Below are positions 28,161-38,100 of a DNA stretch of 53,349 bases, piece by piece. The stretch's first letter is position 1. The number at the start of each line of letters is the position of its first letter. Source of the stretch: Verrucomicrobia bacterium UBA3750 (GTDB lineage Bacteria > Verrucomicrobiota > Kiritimatiellia > RFP12 > UBA1067); the NCBI GenBank assembly GCA_002371755.1, contig DFGM01000082.1, positions 1 through 53,349 on the forward strand, written 5' to 3'. The notes beneath the pieces were generated by a model that was not told where the DNA came from, searched no databases, and saw only the letters and a list, made by a program, of their open reading frames with translations. A program made the position numbers and the translations under genes.

Positions 28161-29408
28161 TTGAGTTTGACTGACAAAGCAAAGAAGACGCTCGCGCTCG
28201 TCAGCCTCGGGTGCGCGAAGAATGCGGTCGACCTGCAGGTTCGCGTTGGGGGGATGCTGAAGGGCGATTACACGCTTTCGCCCGATCCGGACCGCGCCGA
28301 CGTGGTTATCGTGAACACCTGTTCCTTCATCGCTTCCGCCCGCGAGGAGGCGGAGGCGGAGATTTTGAGGGCGGTGCAACTGAAGAAGAGCGGCAATTAC
28401 GGCAGGGTGGTCGTTTCCGGCTGCTATCCGCAGCGTTATCCGGAGGCGCTCGCGAAGTTTCCCGGCGTGGACGAATGGCTCGGGGTGCCGGCGAAGTGGC
28501 AAAAGCAGCAGCTTCCCGGTTTCCGGCTCACCGGAAAGGCGTTTGCGTATTTGAAGATTGCCGAGGGATGCTCCCATCGATGCGCATATTGCGCGATTCC
28601 GGCGATAAGAGGTCCTTTCCGGTCGCGTCCGGCCGATGATGTTGTGGCGGAGGCGCGGGTTCTCGTTGCCAGCGGCTGCCGCGAACTGAACATCGTCGCC
28701 CAGGATCCTATGCTCTATTTGTCGAAGTCCGGCGGCAAAAAGGTGCGAATCGAGGACCTTTTGCGCAAAATCGACGAAATAGAAGGCGATTTCTGGGTGC
28801 GCGTCCTGTATTCCTATCCGAACGAGATAACGGATGGCTTCCTCGGTTGGATGAATACATCCCCCCACGCCGTAAAGTATATCGACGTGCCATTGCAGCA
28901 TACGGTGCCGGAAGTCCTCGCGAAAATGAACCGTTCTGCCGCGATTGATGCCACATTGGGGGCGGCGAAGCGTCTGCGCGAAGCGGTGGAAGGCGTCACA
29001 TTGCGCACAACGATCATGACCGGTTTTCCGGGCGAGACGCCTGCGCGGTTCGCGAAGCTCCTTGCCGATATAGAGGAAATGTCCTTCGATAGGCTAGGCG
29101 CCTTCGCCTACAGTCCCGAAGAAGGCACTGCCGGAGCGGAAATGAAAGGGCGGCCGCCGAAGAAGACGGCTCTCGAGCGCGAACGCGAAGTAATGGCGCT
29201 TGCAAAGAAGATTTGGCGCGAAAAGTCGCGAAAAATGCTCGGAAAGACGTATAAAGCGCTGGTTATCGCCCCGGGCGTCGCTCGCATGGCCTCTCAGGCG
29301 CCGGATGTGGATGGCGTCACGTTCGTGGATGCTTCCGCTGTCGGCGAGTTTGTGGAGGTGCGCCTTGAAAAGGTGCGAGGGTTCGATTTCGAGGGCGTTT
29401 TGGCATGA
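28161..29408 (+). CDS. rimO: Ribosomal protein S12 methylthiotransferase (MiaB/RimO radical SAM)
   Basis: SLGCAKN.VD, VNTCSFI..A..E, YLKIAEGCSHRCAYC.IP, PLQH, GFPGET, YSPEEGT, APDVDG; TTG start with AAGGAGG RBS. Confidence 0.88.
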   Translation: MSLTDKAKKTLALVSLGCAKNAVDLQVRVGGMLKGDYTLSPDPDRADVVIVNTCSFIASAREEAEAEILRAVQLKKSGNYGRVVVSGCYPQRYPEALAKFPGVDEWLGVPAKWQKQQLPGFRLTGKAFAYLKIAEGCSHRCAYCAIPAIRGPFRSRPADDVVAEARVLVASGCRELNIVAQDPMLYLSKSGGKKVRIEDLLRKIDEIEGDFWVRVLYSYPNEITDGFLGWMNTSPHAVKYIDVPLQHTVPEVLAKMNRSAAIDATLGAAKRLREAVEGVTLRTTIMTGFPGETPARFAKLLADIEEMSFDRLGAFAYSPEEGTAGAEMKGRPPKKTALEREREVMALAKKIWREKSRKMLGKTYKALVIAPGVARMASQAPDVDGVTFVDASAVGEFVEVRLEKVRGFDFEGVLA

Positions 29409-30316
29409 AAGTGAACGATAAGGTCTGCACCCGCGACTTCAAATACTACATCTTCGACTGGGATGACAACATCCTCCATATGCCCACGCGAATTCGTATG
29501 GAGCGCCGCGGCGAGGATGGCGTCTGGCGCGAGGTTGGGGTGAGCACCGCCACTTTCGCCCTTGTGAGGGCGGATACGGAAAACTACCGCCCCCCGGCCG
29601 GCGGCTGGAACGAGGCTTTCCGCGACTTCCAGGATGTCCCGGGCCGCGACAACCTCATCGAAGATACAATCAGCGCTCTCGAACGCATCGAACACGGCGA
29701 GACTCCGGGCCCGAGTTTCAACGCCCTCAAGAAAACTTTGCGCGAAGGACGCCTCTTCGCCATTGTCACCGCGCGCGGCCACGCCCCGGAGACTCTTGAA
29801 AAGGCAGTGCGCGTTTTCATCAAATACGCCCTCACGGAGGCCGAAAGAGAGGAAATGATGGCGAATCTGCGCGGATATCGTCGCTGGCTCGATAAAGTGG
29901 AGAAATTCGGCACCGACGCCGAGGAACTCGACTATTATCTCTCCATGTGCCGCTATTCCGCCGTCACAAACGAACAATTCTGGCAGCGCATGGTCGAAGA
30001 CCCGGTCTACCGTGAAAAACTCGCCACCGCCACTAACGCCTCCCGCCCGGAACTCGCCAAGGAGTTTGCCATTCGTGACTTCGTCGAGCATATCTTCCAC
30101 ATGCTCCAGCGCACCCACGGCTTCGACCGTTCCGTCTCCATCGGCTTTTCCGACGATGACATAGGAAACGTGAAATCCGTCTCTTCCTTTATAAGAAGGG
30201 AACTTGCGAGGCGCTTTGAAGGCATAAAGTTCGTCGTCTACGATACATCCGACAGCACCCTCGCGAGAGGCCGCAAGGTGTGCGTCTCGGGGCAGCTCAA
30301 TCTGCCCGGCTTCTGA
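29405..30316 (+). CDS. Hypothetical HAD-superfamily phosphatase-like protein
   Basis: FDWDDN (DxD motif I), AIVTARG (motif II), AK (motif III), IGFSDDD (motif IV); ATGA overlap with rimO. Confidence 0.6.
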   Translation: MKVNDKVCTRDFKYYIFDWDDNILHMPTRIRMERRGEDGVWREVGVSTATFALVRADTENYRPPAGGWNEAFRDFQDVPGRDNLIEDTISALERIEHGETPGPSFNALKKTLREGRLFAIVTARGHAPETLEKAVRVFIKYALTEAEREEMMANLRGYRRWLDKVEKFGTDAEELDYYLSMCRYSAVTNEQFWQRMVEDPVYREKLATATNASRPELAKEFAIRDFVEHIFHMLQRTHGFDRSVSIGFSDDDIGNVKSVSSFIRRELARRFEGIKFVVYDTSDSTLARGRKVCVSGQLNLPGF

Positions 30317-30400
30317 TCCCTCATCCGTTTCGCCCCCATCCCCTGGGGTTTCTCCTCCCCCGCACCAGGGGGTTTTCGCCCCATGCCCATCACTCCGGAA

Positions 30401-30525
30401 TCCAATGCCCATTGAATCTGGATCCAATGCCCATTGAATTCCCGTCCAATGCCCATTGGATTCCCGTCCAATGCCCATTGGATTCCTGTCCAATGCCCAT
30501 TGGATTCCTGTCCAATGCCCATTGG
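30401..30525. repeat. Tandem array of six 22-bp units, each with a palindromic core
   Basis: TCCAATGCCCATTG(G/A) at 30401, 30423, 30445, 30467, 30489, 30511; a degenerate copy at 30379. Confidence 0.92.
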
Positions 30526-30540
30526 TCGCCCAACGGCATC

Positions 30541-30628
30541 GGTAGGGCGGCGAGACCCCTCGCCGCCGCAAAGTCCCGGGTGTCCCGTATGTCGCGTGGT
30601 AGGGCGGCGAGACCCCTCGCCGCCGCAA
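30541..30628 (+). repeat. Two identical 31-bp GTAG-type REP-like hairpins in direct orientation
   Basis: GGTAGGGCGGCGAGACCCCTCGCCGCCGCAA at 30541-30571 and 30598-30628; GTAG followed by a 9-bp stem GGCGGCGAG-accc-CTCGCCGCC. Confidence 0.75.
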
Positions 30629-30712
30629 TGTACATGCGACATTGCGATATGAACGGGCGGGACGCCCATTCCCCCAGTGCCCCTGCCCGCAGGTTTTCCG
30701 CCGCAAAGGCGG

Positions 30713-30741
30713 TTGCAATATCGGCGAAAATGTGATACAAT
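30713..30741 (+). promoter_or_regulatory. Putative promoter of the GH3 gene
   Basis: TTGCAA, 17-nt spacer, TGaTACAAT; ATG 7 nt after the -10 box. Confidence 0.65.
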
Positions 30742-30747
30742 GTGAGC

Positions 30748-32955
30748 ATGAACGCGAACAAGTTTATTGCAATATCTGTAATTGCGGGCGTTCTGCCCGC
30801 GTTTGCGATGCTGGAGGATGACGAAGCGCTCGCCGCCGCGCGCGACGTTCTCGGCAAAATGACGCTAGAGGAAAAGACGATGCTGCTGGCGGGTTCTGGC
30901 ACGATGACGCTTCCGGCCGTGCCGCGCGTCGGCATCGATGCGGAATGGACGATGAGCGACAACAGTTCCACAGTCCGGTCGTCGCTCGACCGCTGGTCGT
31001 GGAAATATGTCGAACCGATGAGCGAAAACACGAAACTGCCGTCACTTTCCGCGCTTGCGCAGACGTGGGATGTCGAATGGGCGCGCAAGCACGGCGAGGT
31101 GCTGGGCGCGGAATGCCGCGATAGAGGGGTCGACCAGCTGCTCGGGCCTGGCGTGAACATCATGCGCACTCCCCTTTGCGGCCGCAATTGGGAATATCTT
31201 GGCGAAGACCCGGTGCTCGCCGCAAAGATGTGCGTTCCGATGATCCGCGGCGTGCAGAGCTTCGACGTGGCCGCGACGGTCAAACATTTCTGCCTCAACG
31301 ACCAGGAATTGAGCCGCGGCCTCGTCGATACGCACGCCGACGAACGCACGTTCAACGAAATCTACCTGCCGGCGTTCCGCGCCGCGGTCAAGGAGGCGGG
31401 AGTGCTTTGCGTCATGTCCAGCTACAACAAGGTCGACGGCATATACGCGAGCGAGAACAAATATACGCAGACCGGCATCCTGCGCGACCGCTGGGGGTTC
31501 AAGGGGCTGCTCGTCACGGACTGGGGCGGACAGCACTCCACCGCGTTCGCCGCGAACAACGGCGGCGGAATCGAAATGCACAGGGGCGACAGTATCCGCC
31601 ATCTCTACGCGCCGAAAGCCAACCGTTTTCCTCTCGCGGAGGCCGTGCGCCGCAGCGAAGTGCCGTCGGCGACGCTCGATGACATGGCTCTGCGCACGTT
31701 GTTTGTCATGGCGAAAACCGGCTTTCTGACGAAGGCCCCGCGGCGTGCCGGCTCGCGCAATACGGCGGAGCACCAGCAAATAGCCCGGAAAGAGGGCGCG
31801 GAATCGATCGTCTTAATCAAAAACGCCAAGGGGCTGCTGCCGCTGAATCCGGCGGAGCTGCGCAAAGTGCTGGTGATTGGACTCAACGCCGATGAAAAGC
31901 AGTGCCACAAGGGCTGTTCTGCGGAAGGCAGCGTCCCGTACGAGGTGACGCTGTTCGCCGCGCTCACGAACCGCCTTCCGCACGCCGAAGTCTCCCTGAT
32001 GCCGTTTTGCGCCAAAGTCGAATACGCCGAGACGGATACATCCAACGCGGTCGAGGCGGGCGGACACGTCGTGCAAAAGCAGGGCGAGAAATGGTGCGAT
32101 GAAGCAGAGCTCCTGGCTGCGGCCAGGCTCGCAGATACCGTAATCGTCTTCACGGGCACCGAAATGGGATTCCAGGAGAATATGGAAAGCGAAGGCCGCG
32201 ATCGCGTCGAGTTCGATCTGCCGGCGCCTCTCCAGAAGGCGATGCATACGATTCTCGGCTGGGGCTTGGAGCGCGTCGTGGTCGTCTCGCGCTCCGGTTC
32301 GCCTGTGGGCTATACCTGGACTGACAAGGCCGATACGCTTCTGCAGACGTCTTACCTCGGCATGGAGGAGGGCAATTCGATCGTCGATGTGCTTTTCGGC
32401 GACGTGAATCCGTGCGGCAAGCTGGCGCAGACGTGGCCGCGCCGCTACGCCGATACCGCCGTCGCCTGTTGCGGCACCTACAACGCCACGAACGTCACAT
32501 ACAACGAACGCTTCTATACCGGCTACCGCTGGCACGACCGGCAGAACATCGCGCCCCTCTTCCCGTTCGGGCACGGCTTGAGCTACACTTCGTGGAAGTA
32601 TGGAAACGCGAAAGTCTCCGCCGCGCCAGGCGGCTGGAAAATCTCCATCGACATCACGAACACCGGGAAAACCGCCGGCAAGGAAGTCGTGCAGCTCTAT
32701 GCCGCATATCCCGATGCCAAAGTCGAACGTTGCGTGAAGGAATTGAAGGCGTTCGCAAAAGTCCAACTCGAACCGGGGCAGACGAAAACGGTTGAACTGG
32801 CTCTCACCCCGCGCGATCTCGCATATTGGGATTCGTTCCTGCACCGCTTCCGCGCGGACGCCGGAGAATACGAGCTGCTTATCGGTTCGTCGAGTGCGGA
32901 TATCCGCGCGCGTTCGCGCATCGCCATGCACGATGACGAGATTTTCGCCGATTGA
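30748..32955 (+). CDS. Secreted GH3 beta-glycosidase (canonical domain order with Fn3-like C-terminus)
   Basis: Signal peptide; MTLEEK, GPGVNIMRTPLCGRNWEYLGEDP, KHF, nucleophile VTDWGG, IVLIKN, ESEGRDR, FPFGHGLSYT, GKEVVQLY. Confidence 0.93.
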   Translation: MNANKFIAISVIAGVLPAFAMLEDDEALAAARDVLGKMTLEEKTMLLAGSGTMTLPAVPRVGIDAEWTMSDNSSTVRSSLDRWSWKYVEPMSENTKLPSLSALAQTWDVEWARKHGEVLGAECRDRGVDQLLGPGVNIMRTPLCGRNWEYLGEDPVLAAKMCVPMIRGVQSFDVAATVKHFCLNDQELSRGLVDTHADERTFNEIYLPAFRAAVKEAGVLCVMSSYNKVDGIYASENKYTQTGILRDRWGFKGLLVTDWGGQHSTAFAANNGGGIEMHRGDSIRHLYAPKANRFPLAEAVRRSEVPSATLDDMALRTLFVMAKTGFLTKAPRRAGSRNTAEHQQIARKEGAESIVLIKNAKGLLPLNPAELRKVLVIGLNADEKQCHKGCSAEGSVPYEVTLFAALTNRLPHAEVSLMPFCAKVEYAETDTSNAVEAGGHVVQKQGEKWCDEAELLAAARLADTVIVFTGTEMGFQENMESEGRDRVEFDLPAPLQKAMHTILGWGLERVVVVSRSGSPVGYTWTDKADTLLQTSYLGMEEGNSIVDVLFGDVNPCGKLAQTWPRRYADTAVACCGTYNATNVTYNERFYTGYRWHDRQNIAPLFPFGHGLSYTSWKYGNAKVSAAPGGWKISIDITNTGKTAGKEVVQLYAAYPDAKVERCVKELKAFAKVQLEPGQTKTVELALTPRDLAYWDSFLHRFRADAGEYELLIGSSSADIRARSRIAMHDDEIFAD

Positions 32956-32976
32956 GACGCAAAAGACTTTCACGGC

Positions 32977-33942
32977 ATGAAGAAACGGATGGCTGTGCGC
33001 AATATGCGCGATGCGGGACATGACGGGATTATGCGCTCGTATCCGAAATACGAATCGACCCCGGAGGCCAGAGTAGTCGACCTCTCGCCGGACGGCATCG
33101 ATTGCATTCCGGAATTTGGCGAACACAACTACAAGCAGTTCGGCGGCGGAACAGTTCCGCACGTGCATCCGGGCATGATTGAAATCATCTTCTGCCGCCG
33201 CGGCGCGAATCTCTCGTTCTGCAACGGGGACAAGATTATCGCCGCGCGCCCCGGCTCCGTGCTTGCAGCGCAGCCGCAGACCCCGCATTTCCTCCGCCTT
33301 TATCCAAAGGGATTGTCGACGACATGGATCTGGTTCCGCATCCCGGAAAAGGGGAAGACCGTGCTCGGGCTTTCGGCGGAGGAGACGCAGTGGCTCGCGG
33401 AAAGACTCGAGGCCCTGCCGGTGCACTTCATGTATACGCCGGCCCTGGGCAAGTCCTTCCGGAGGCTCTGGCATATCTACGACTCCGTGCCGCACGGCAC
33501 GACGGAACGGCGTCTCTTGCTGCGCGATGCGGTAACGCGTCTCTTGCTGGATGTCACCGAGGCGGCCCGCGTCGGCCAGGCGGCGAATGCAGGGGTCTCC
33601 GACAAGCGGCTTGACGCGCTCATCGGCGAAATGCGCCGCGATCCTTCACGAAACTGGACAATCGACGAACTCGCCGAGCGCGCGGCGATGTCCATCGCAA
33701 AATTGACGACCAGCTTCCGCCGCCAGACGGGTCTGCCACCGCACGCATTTCTCGTTTTTTGCCGCGTAGCCAGAGCGAAGGAGCTTCTCGCCAAAACCGT
33801 GCGCAGCGTCGCGGCCGTCGCAAATGAGCTCGGCTTCCAGACCGCGCAGCATTTCGCGGCGCAGTTCCACCGCGAGACGGGGTTCTCTCCTCGCGAATAC
33901 CGCGCAGCCGCCCGGCGCGAAAAGGCGGCGCAAAAAGCATAA
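32977..33942 (+). CDS. AraC/XylS family transcriptional regulator
   Basis: Cupin-like PHVHPGMIEI; C-terminal WTIDELA...FRRQTG.PP...RV.RAKELL...VANELGF....HF...F..ETG.SP.EYR; true start may be 33004 or 33031. Confidence 0.9.
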   Translation: MKKRMAVRNMRDAGHDGIMRSYPKYESTPEARVVDLSPDGIDCIPEFGEHNYKQFGGGTVPHVHPGMIEIIFCRRGANLSFCNGDKIIAARPGSVLAAQPQTPHFLRLYPKGLSTTWIWFRIPEKGKTVLGLSAEETQWLAERLEALPVHFMYTPALGKSFRRLWHIYDSVPHGTTERRLLLRDAVTRLLLDVTEAARVGQAANAGVSDKRLDALIGEMRRDPSRNWTIDELAERAAMSIAKLTTSFRRQTGLPPHAFLVFCRVARAKELLAKTVRSVAAVANELGFQTAQHFAAQFHRETGFSPREYRAAARREKAAQKA

Positions 33943-34078
33943 GGGGCAGTTGCAAAACCCGGTGGCAGGGCGGGCAAGGCGGCATCGACGGACGCGGCAG
34001 ACGCCATTTGGCGCAAGCCGCCGCCGTTGTTCGCTTTCTTATATTTGAAATTTTGCGCACATATTTCTCTGCGGCATA

Positions 34079-34087
34079 TGCTACAAT
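34079..34087 (+). promoter_or_regulatory. Putative extended -10 element of the nanA-sialidase operon
   Basis: TGcTACAAT preceded by an AT-rich tract, with no good -35 (compatible with activator dependence). Confidence 0.45.
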
Positions 34088-34141
34088 ATGCGGTGTTGAC
34101 GAAAAGGGTGAAAATCTTTGCCGGAGGGTGCAGTGGTGAAA

Positions 34142-35185
34142 ATGAGCAGAAAGGACTTCTTGAAAATCGGCGCTTCAGCCGTCGCGTCTGTCATTGCGGG
34201 CGACGGTATGGCGGCTTTCGGCAGTGGCGACGAGGCGCGGCCGGATGCCGCAGGTGCGGCGCTCCCCGTCCCCGGCGGCGAGGAGTTCGCAGGGATGGCC
34301 GGCGCCTACGCCGCACTCGTCACGCCATACAAGGCGGATGGCTCGGTCAATGAAGAAATGATCGAGCGCATAGTCGAATTCGGTCTTGCGAACGGCCTCA
34401 GGGGCTTTTACTTGACCGGTTCGACGGGCGAGGGCTTTCTGCTTTCCAATGAAGAGCGCATCCGCGTATACAAGCGCGCGGTGGCGGCGGCGCGGGGGCG
34501 CGCCAAACTTATCGCGCATGTAGGATGCCTCGCGACAGACGATGCCGTGGCGCTCGCACGCGCGGCGGCGGATGCCGGCGTGGACTGGGTGTCGTCCGTC
34601 GCGCCGGTGTATTTCGGGCAGAGTTTCGATGCCGCATATGCGCACTACAAGGCGATTTCATCCGCCACCGATTTGCCGTTCATGATTTATTCCGTCGGTG
34701 CGCAGGTCGTGCCGGAGCGCGATGTGCGCTTCTTCGAGCTGCCTAACGTAAAAGGCATGAAATACACGGGCTACGCATACTGGACCGTGAAGGAACTCAG
34801 GCGCCGCCTGCCGCACCCGGCCATCTTCTTCGCCGGGGCCGACGAGCAGGAACTCTGCGCATTCGCCTACGGCGATACGTTCAGCGGCTGCATCGGCACT
34901 ACGGACAACATGATCCCGGCGCACCATGCGAAAATCTGCTCTCTCGCCGCGCAGGGGCGCTTCGCCGAAGCGGCTCCGCTCATGGACGAAGTCGTGAGAT
35001 TCGTGTCGCTCGTCGTTGCCGCGCCGAACGCATCCTACTGGAAAAGCGCGATGCGCTATATCGGGCTTGATTCAGGCCCTGCGCGCTCCCCGGCCGGGCA
35101 AGTCCTCACCGAAGACGAATATCAGGCATACGCCGCAAAAATCGATGCGCTCGGCTTTATCGAAAGGAAAGACCGCAATGCGTAG
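34142..35185 (+). CDS. nanA: N-acetylneuraminate lyase-like DapA-family aldolase with Tat-like signal peptide
   Basis: SRKDFLK plus hydrophobic stretch; AALVTPY, GSTGE, Schiff-base GMKYT, GADE (NanA GxDE sugar-binding motif), IGTT.N. Confidence 0.75.
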   Translation: MSRKDFLKIGASAVASVIAGDGMAAFGSGDEARPDAAGAALPVPGGEEFAGMAGAYAALVTPYKADGSVNEEMIERIVEFGLANGLRGFYLTGSTGEGFLLSNEERIRVYKRAVAAARGRAKLIAHVGCLATDDAVALARAAADAGVDWVSSVAPVYFGQSFDAAYAHYKAISSATDLPFMIYSVGAQVVPERDVRFFELPNVKGMKYTGYAYWTVKELRRRLPHPAIFFAGADEQELCAFAYGDTFSGCIGTTDNMIPAHHAKICSLAAQGRFAEAAPLMDEVVRFVSLVVAAPNASYWKSAMRYIGLDSGPARSPAGQVLTEDEYQAYAAKIDALGFIERKDRNA

Positions 35186-38100
35186 GCTCATCGCCATTTT
35201 CGCGGCTCTCGCCGGCCTTCTCTGCGCGTTCGCCGAACCTGCGCCCGGCGTGAAGACCGTGCTGGAGCTCAAACCCGGCCCCGGCAACCCGCGCAACAGC
35301 GAAGGCGCGTTCTTGCCGCTCAAGGACGGGCGCATCATGTTCGCGTATTCGCGCTACTACGGCACCTCCAGCCACGACCACGCCCAGGCCGACATCGCCG
35401 TGCGCTATTCTTCCGACAATGGCGCCACTTGGACCCAGACCGACGAAATCCTCGTCAAGAACCACGGCGGCATGAATGTGATGAGCGTAAGCCTCCTCCG
35501 TCTCCAGAGCGGCGAAATCGCACTCTTCTATCTGCTTAAGAACAGCGAACAGGATTGCCGCCCCGTCATGCGCCGTTCTTTCGACGAAGGCAAGACGTGG
35601 TCTGACGAGACTCTCTGCATCACCGACGAAATCGCCTACTATGTCCTCAACAACGACCGCGTAATCCAGCTCAAGGACGGGCGGCTCCTGTTCGCAGTCT
35701 CCAAGCACACTTCCGACGACGGCAAGTTCGACAAACTAGGCACGGTGCTCACATATTCCTCCGACGACAACGGCAAGACTTGGCAGCGCGGCAAGTCCGC
35801 ATTTCAGATCGTCGCCCCCAGCGGCAAGCGCTACGCCGCGCATGAGCCGGGCGTGGTGGAATGTTCCGACGGCTCGGTGCTTCTCTGGATTCGCACAGGC
35901 GCGGACTTCCAATACTTCAGCCGCTCGACCGACCGGGGCGAGACGTGGTCCGCCCCGCAGCCTTCGCAGTTGAGAAGCCCGCTTTCCCCCGCATCCATAA
36001 AGCGTCTCCCCACCGGCGAACTTCTCGCCATCTGGAACGACCACGAGGCGAAGCCGGAGATGCGCACCCACCACCCGGACAAGCATAAGTGGGCAAACGG
36101 CTGGCGCTCCCCGCTTTCCGCCGCAATTTCACGTGACGACGGCTGCACATGGCACGGCTCGAAGATGATTGAAGACGACCCGGAAGGCTGGTTCTGCTAC
36201 ACCGCCATTCAGCCGCTCGACGACGGCACGGTGCTTCTCGCATATTGCGCATACGACGTCCTCGCGCATTCGCGGCTCGTCAAAGTGCCGCTTGAATGGT
36301 TCGGCGTGGTCGCGCCTTCCGTAGTAGAACATGCCGCGCTCTCGCGACGCGCTGCGGCGGATGGGATGGTGCTTCTCAAAAACAACGGTGCGCTGCTTCC
36401 GCTCGAAAAAGGCGCGACGCTCGCACTATTCGGCGAATCGGGCGCACTGAAGCCGGGCGGCGGCGGCTCGTCAGGCGTGAACAGCCTGCGCACCGTCTCG
36501 CTGCGCTCCGGTCTCGCGAACGCCGGCTTCAAAATCGATAAGGATAGCCGCGACACCGCGCTTTTTGTAGTCCTCCGCGACGCGCTGGAAGGCGAAGATT
36601 CGCCGGATGATGCGTTTGAACTTACAAAGGCGGAGCTTGAGGAATTTGCGTCAATCAAGGCTGCTGGATTCAAGCATATCGTCGTTTTGTGCGGCGGCGG
36701 ACACGTCTTCAACATAAAACCGTTCGCGGATGACGATGCGGTCGACGCGATTCTCTGGACGTGGTACGCAGGCGGCGAAGGCGCACTGGCAATCGGCGAC
36801 GTGCTCTCCGGCGCGGTCAATCCGTCCGGACGCCTCGCAGAAACTTTTGCGGAGTGCGTCGGCGACTATCCCACCGACCGCGGATGGCGCGAGTCACGCT
36901 GGTATGTGCCGTATGAAGAGGGCATATTCGTCGGCTACCGCTATTTCGAGACGATACCTGGGGCGGCGTCCAAGGTTGTCTATCCATTCGGCCACGGCTT
37001 GAGCTATACATCCTGGCAAGTTTCGCCCGTGGAATGCACGCGTTCGCCGTCCGGCTCTTTCGATTGCAAAGTCCGCGTGAAAAACACAGGGAAGACGGCT
37101 GGCCGCCATTCCGTGCTCTGCTGGACGTCGCAGACCGGCGGCATCGCAGAACATCCCGCGTTCGAATTGCGCGCGTTCGCAAAGACGCGCCTGCTCGCGC
37201 CCGGCGAAGAAGCGGAGCTCGCGCTTTCCTTCGCGCTTTCAGATCTCGCATATTTCGAAGATGACGAGACCTCTCCCTTCTGCGGTTCGTGGATGCTCGA
37301 CAAAGGCAGTTATTCCGTCTATATCGGCGGAGCGCCGCGCGACGCAGAACGTGTCGCCTCTTTCGATATTCCCGCGCCGGAGGTGCTTTCCTCTCCGGGC
37401 TTGAAGCTGCAGGCCGACCGCCTCGCACGCCGCTTGAAAGCCGATGGCACTTTCAAGACTCTGCACACTTCATATCCGGGGCACGTTGAACGCCCGGAAC
37501 ACCCTCAAGTCCGCACGAACATCACCGACCGCGTGGATGTGACACTCTTCGACGTCGCCGAAGGCAAGGCTTCGCTCGATGAGCTGCTTGACGGCATGGC
37601 TCTCCAGGAAATGCTTCATCTGCTATTTGGTCATCTGCGCGAAGACCCGTGCGGCACAGGCTCCATCGGCGCGCTCGAAAAGTTCGGCATTCCTGCGATG
37701 CAGACATGCGACGGCCCGGCCGGCGTGCGCCGCGAAGCCCCGTCCTCGTTTTTCCCGTGCGCCGCCTTGCTCGCCTGCACATTCGATGCGCCACTCATAC
37801 GGGAAATCGGCGCGGCCATCGGCGATGAAGCCGCCGAAGCGGGCTTCGATTTGCTGCTCGCGCCCGGGCTGTGCATCCACCGCCATCCGCTATGCGGACG
37901 CAACTTCGAATATTTCAGCGAAGATCCTCTCGTCTCCGGAATCGCCGCCGCCGCATATGTCGAGGGCGTCCAGAGCTGCGGCGTCGGCGCGACTCTGAAG
38001 CATTTCGCCGGCAACGGCCGCGAGACGACGCGCCGCATCCAGAAGGACGTCGTCTCCGAACGCGCCTTCCGCGAAATCTACCTGCGCGGCTTCGAACGCG

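Noticed and set aside
30327-30385. G-quadruplex potential on the minus strand of the C-rich tract
   Set aside because: Better explained as decayed repeat units; no independent support
30401-30525. CRISPR array
   Set aside because: The period is only 22 bp with 6-nt near-identical linkers, there are no unique spacers and no cas genes in the window
29294-30735. ORFs crossing the repeat region (29294-30718 -, 30238-30669 -, 30280-30735 +) with repetitive peptides
   Set aside because: They are translations of the DNA repeats and antisense to the HAD-like gene; the 22-bp period is not a multiple of 3
33000-34092. Shared 9-mer CAATATGCG near the araC start (33000) and upstream of nanA (34084) as an AraC site
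   Set aside because: Too short, and one copy overlaps the -10 element; may be chance
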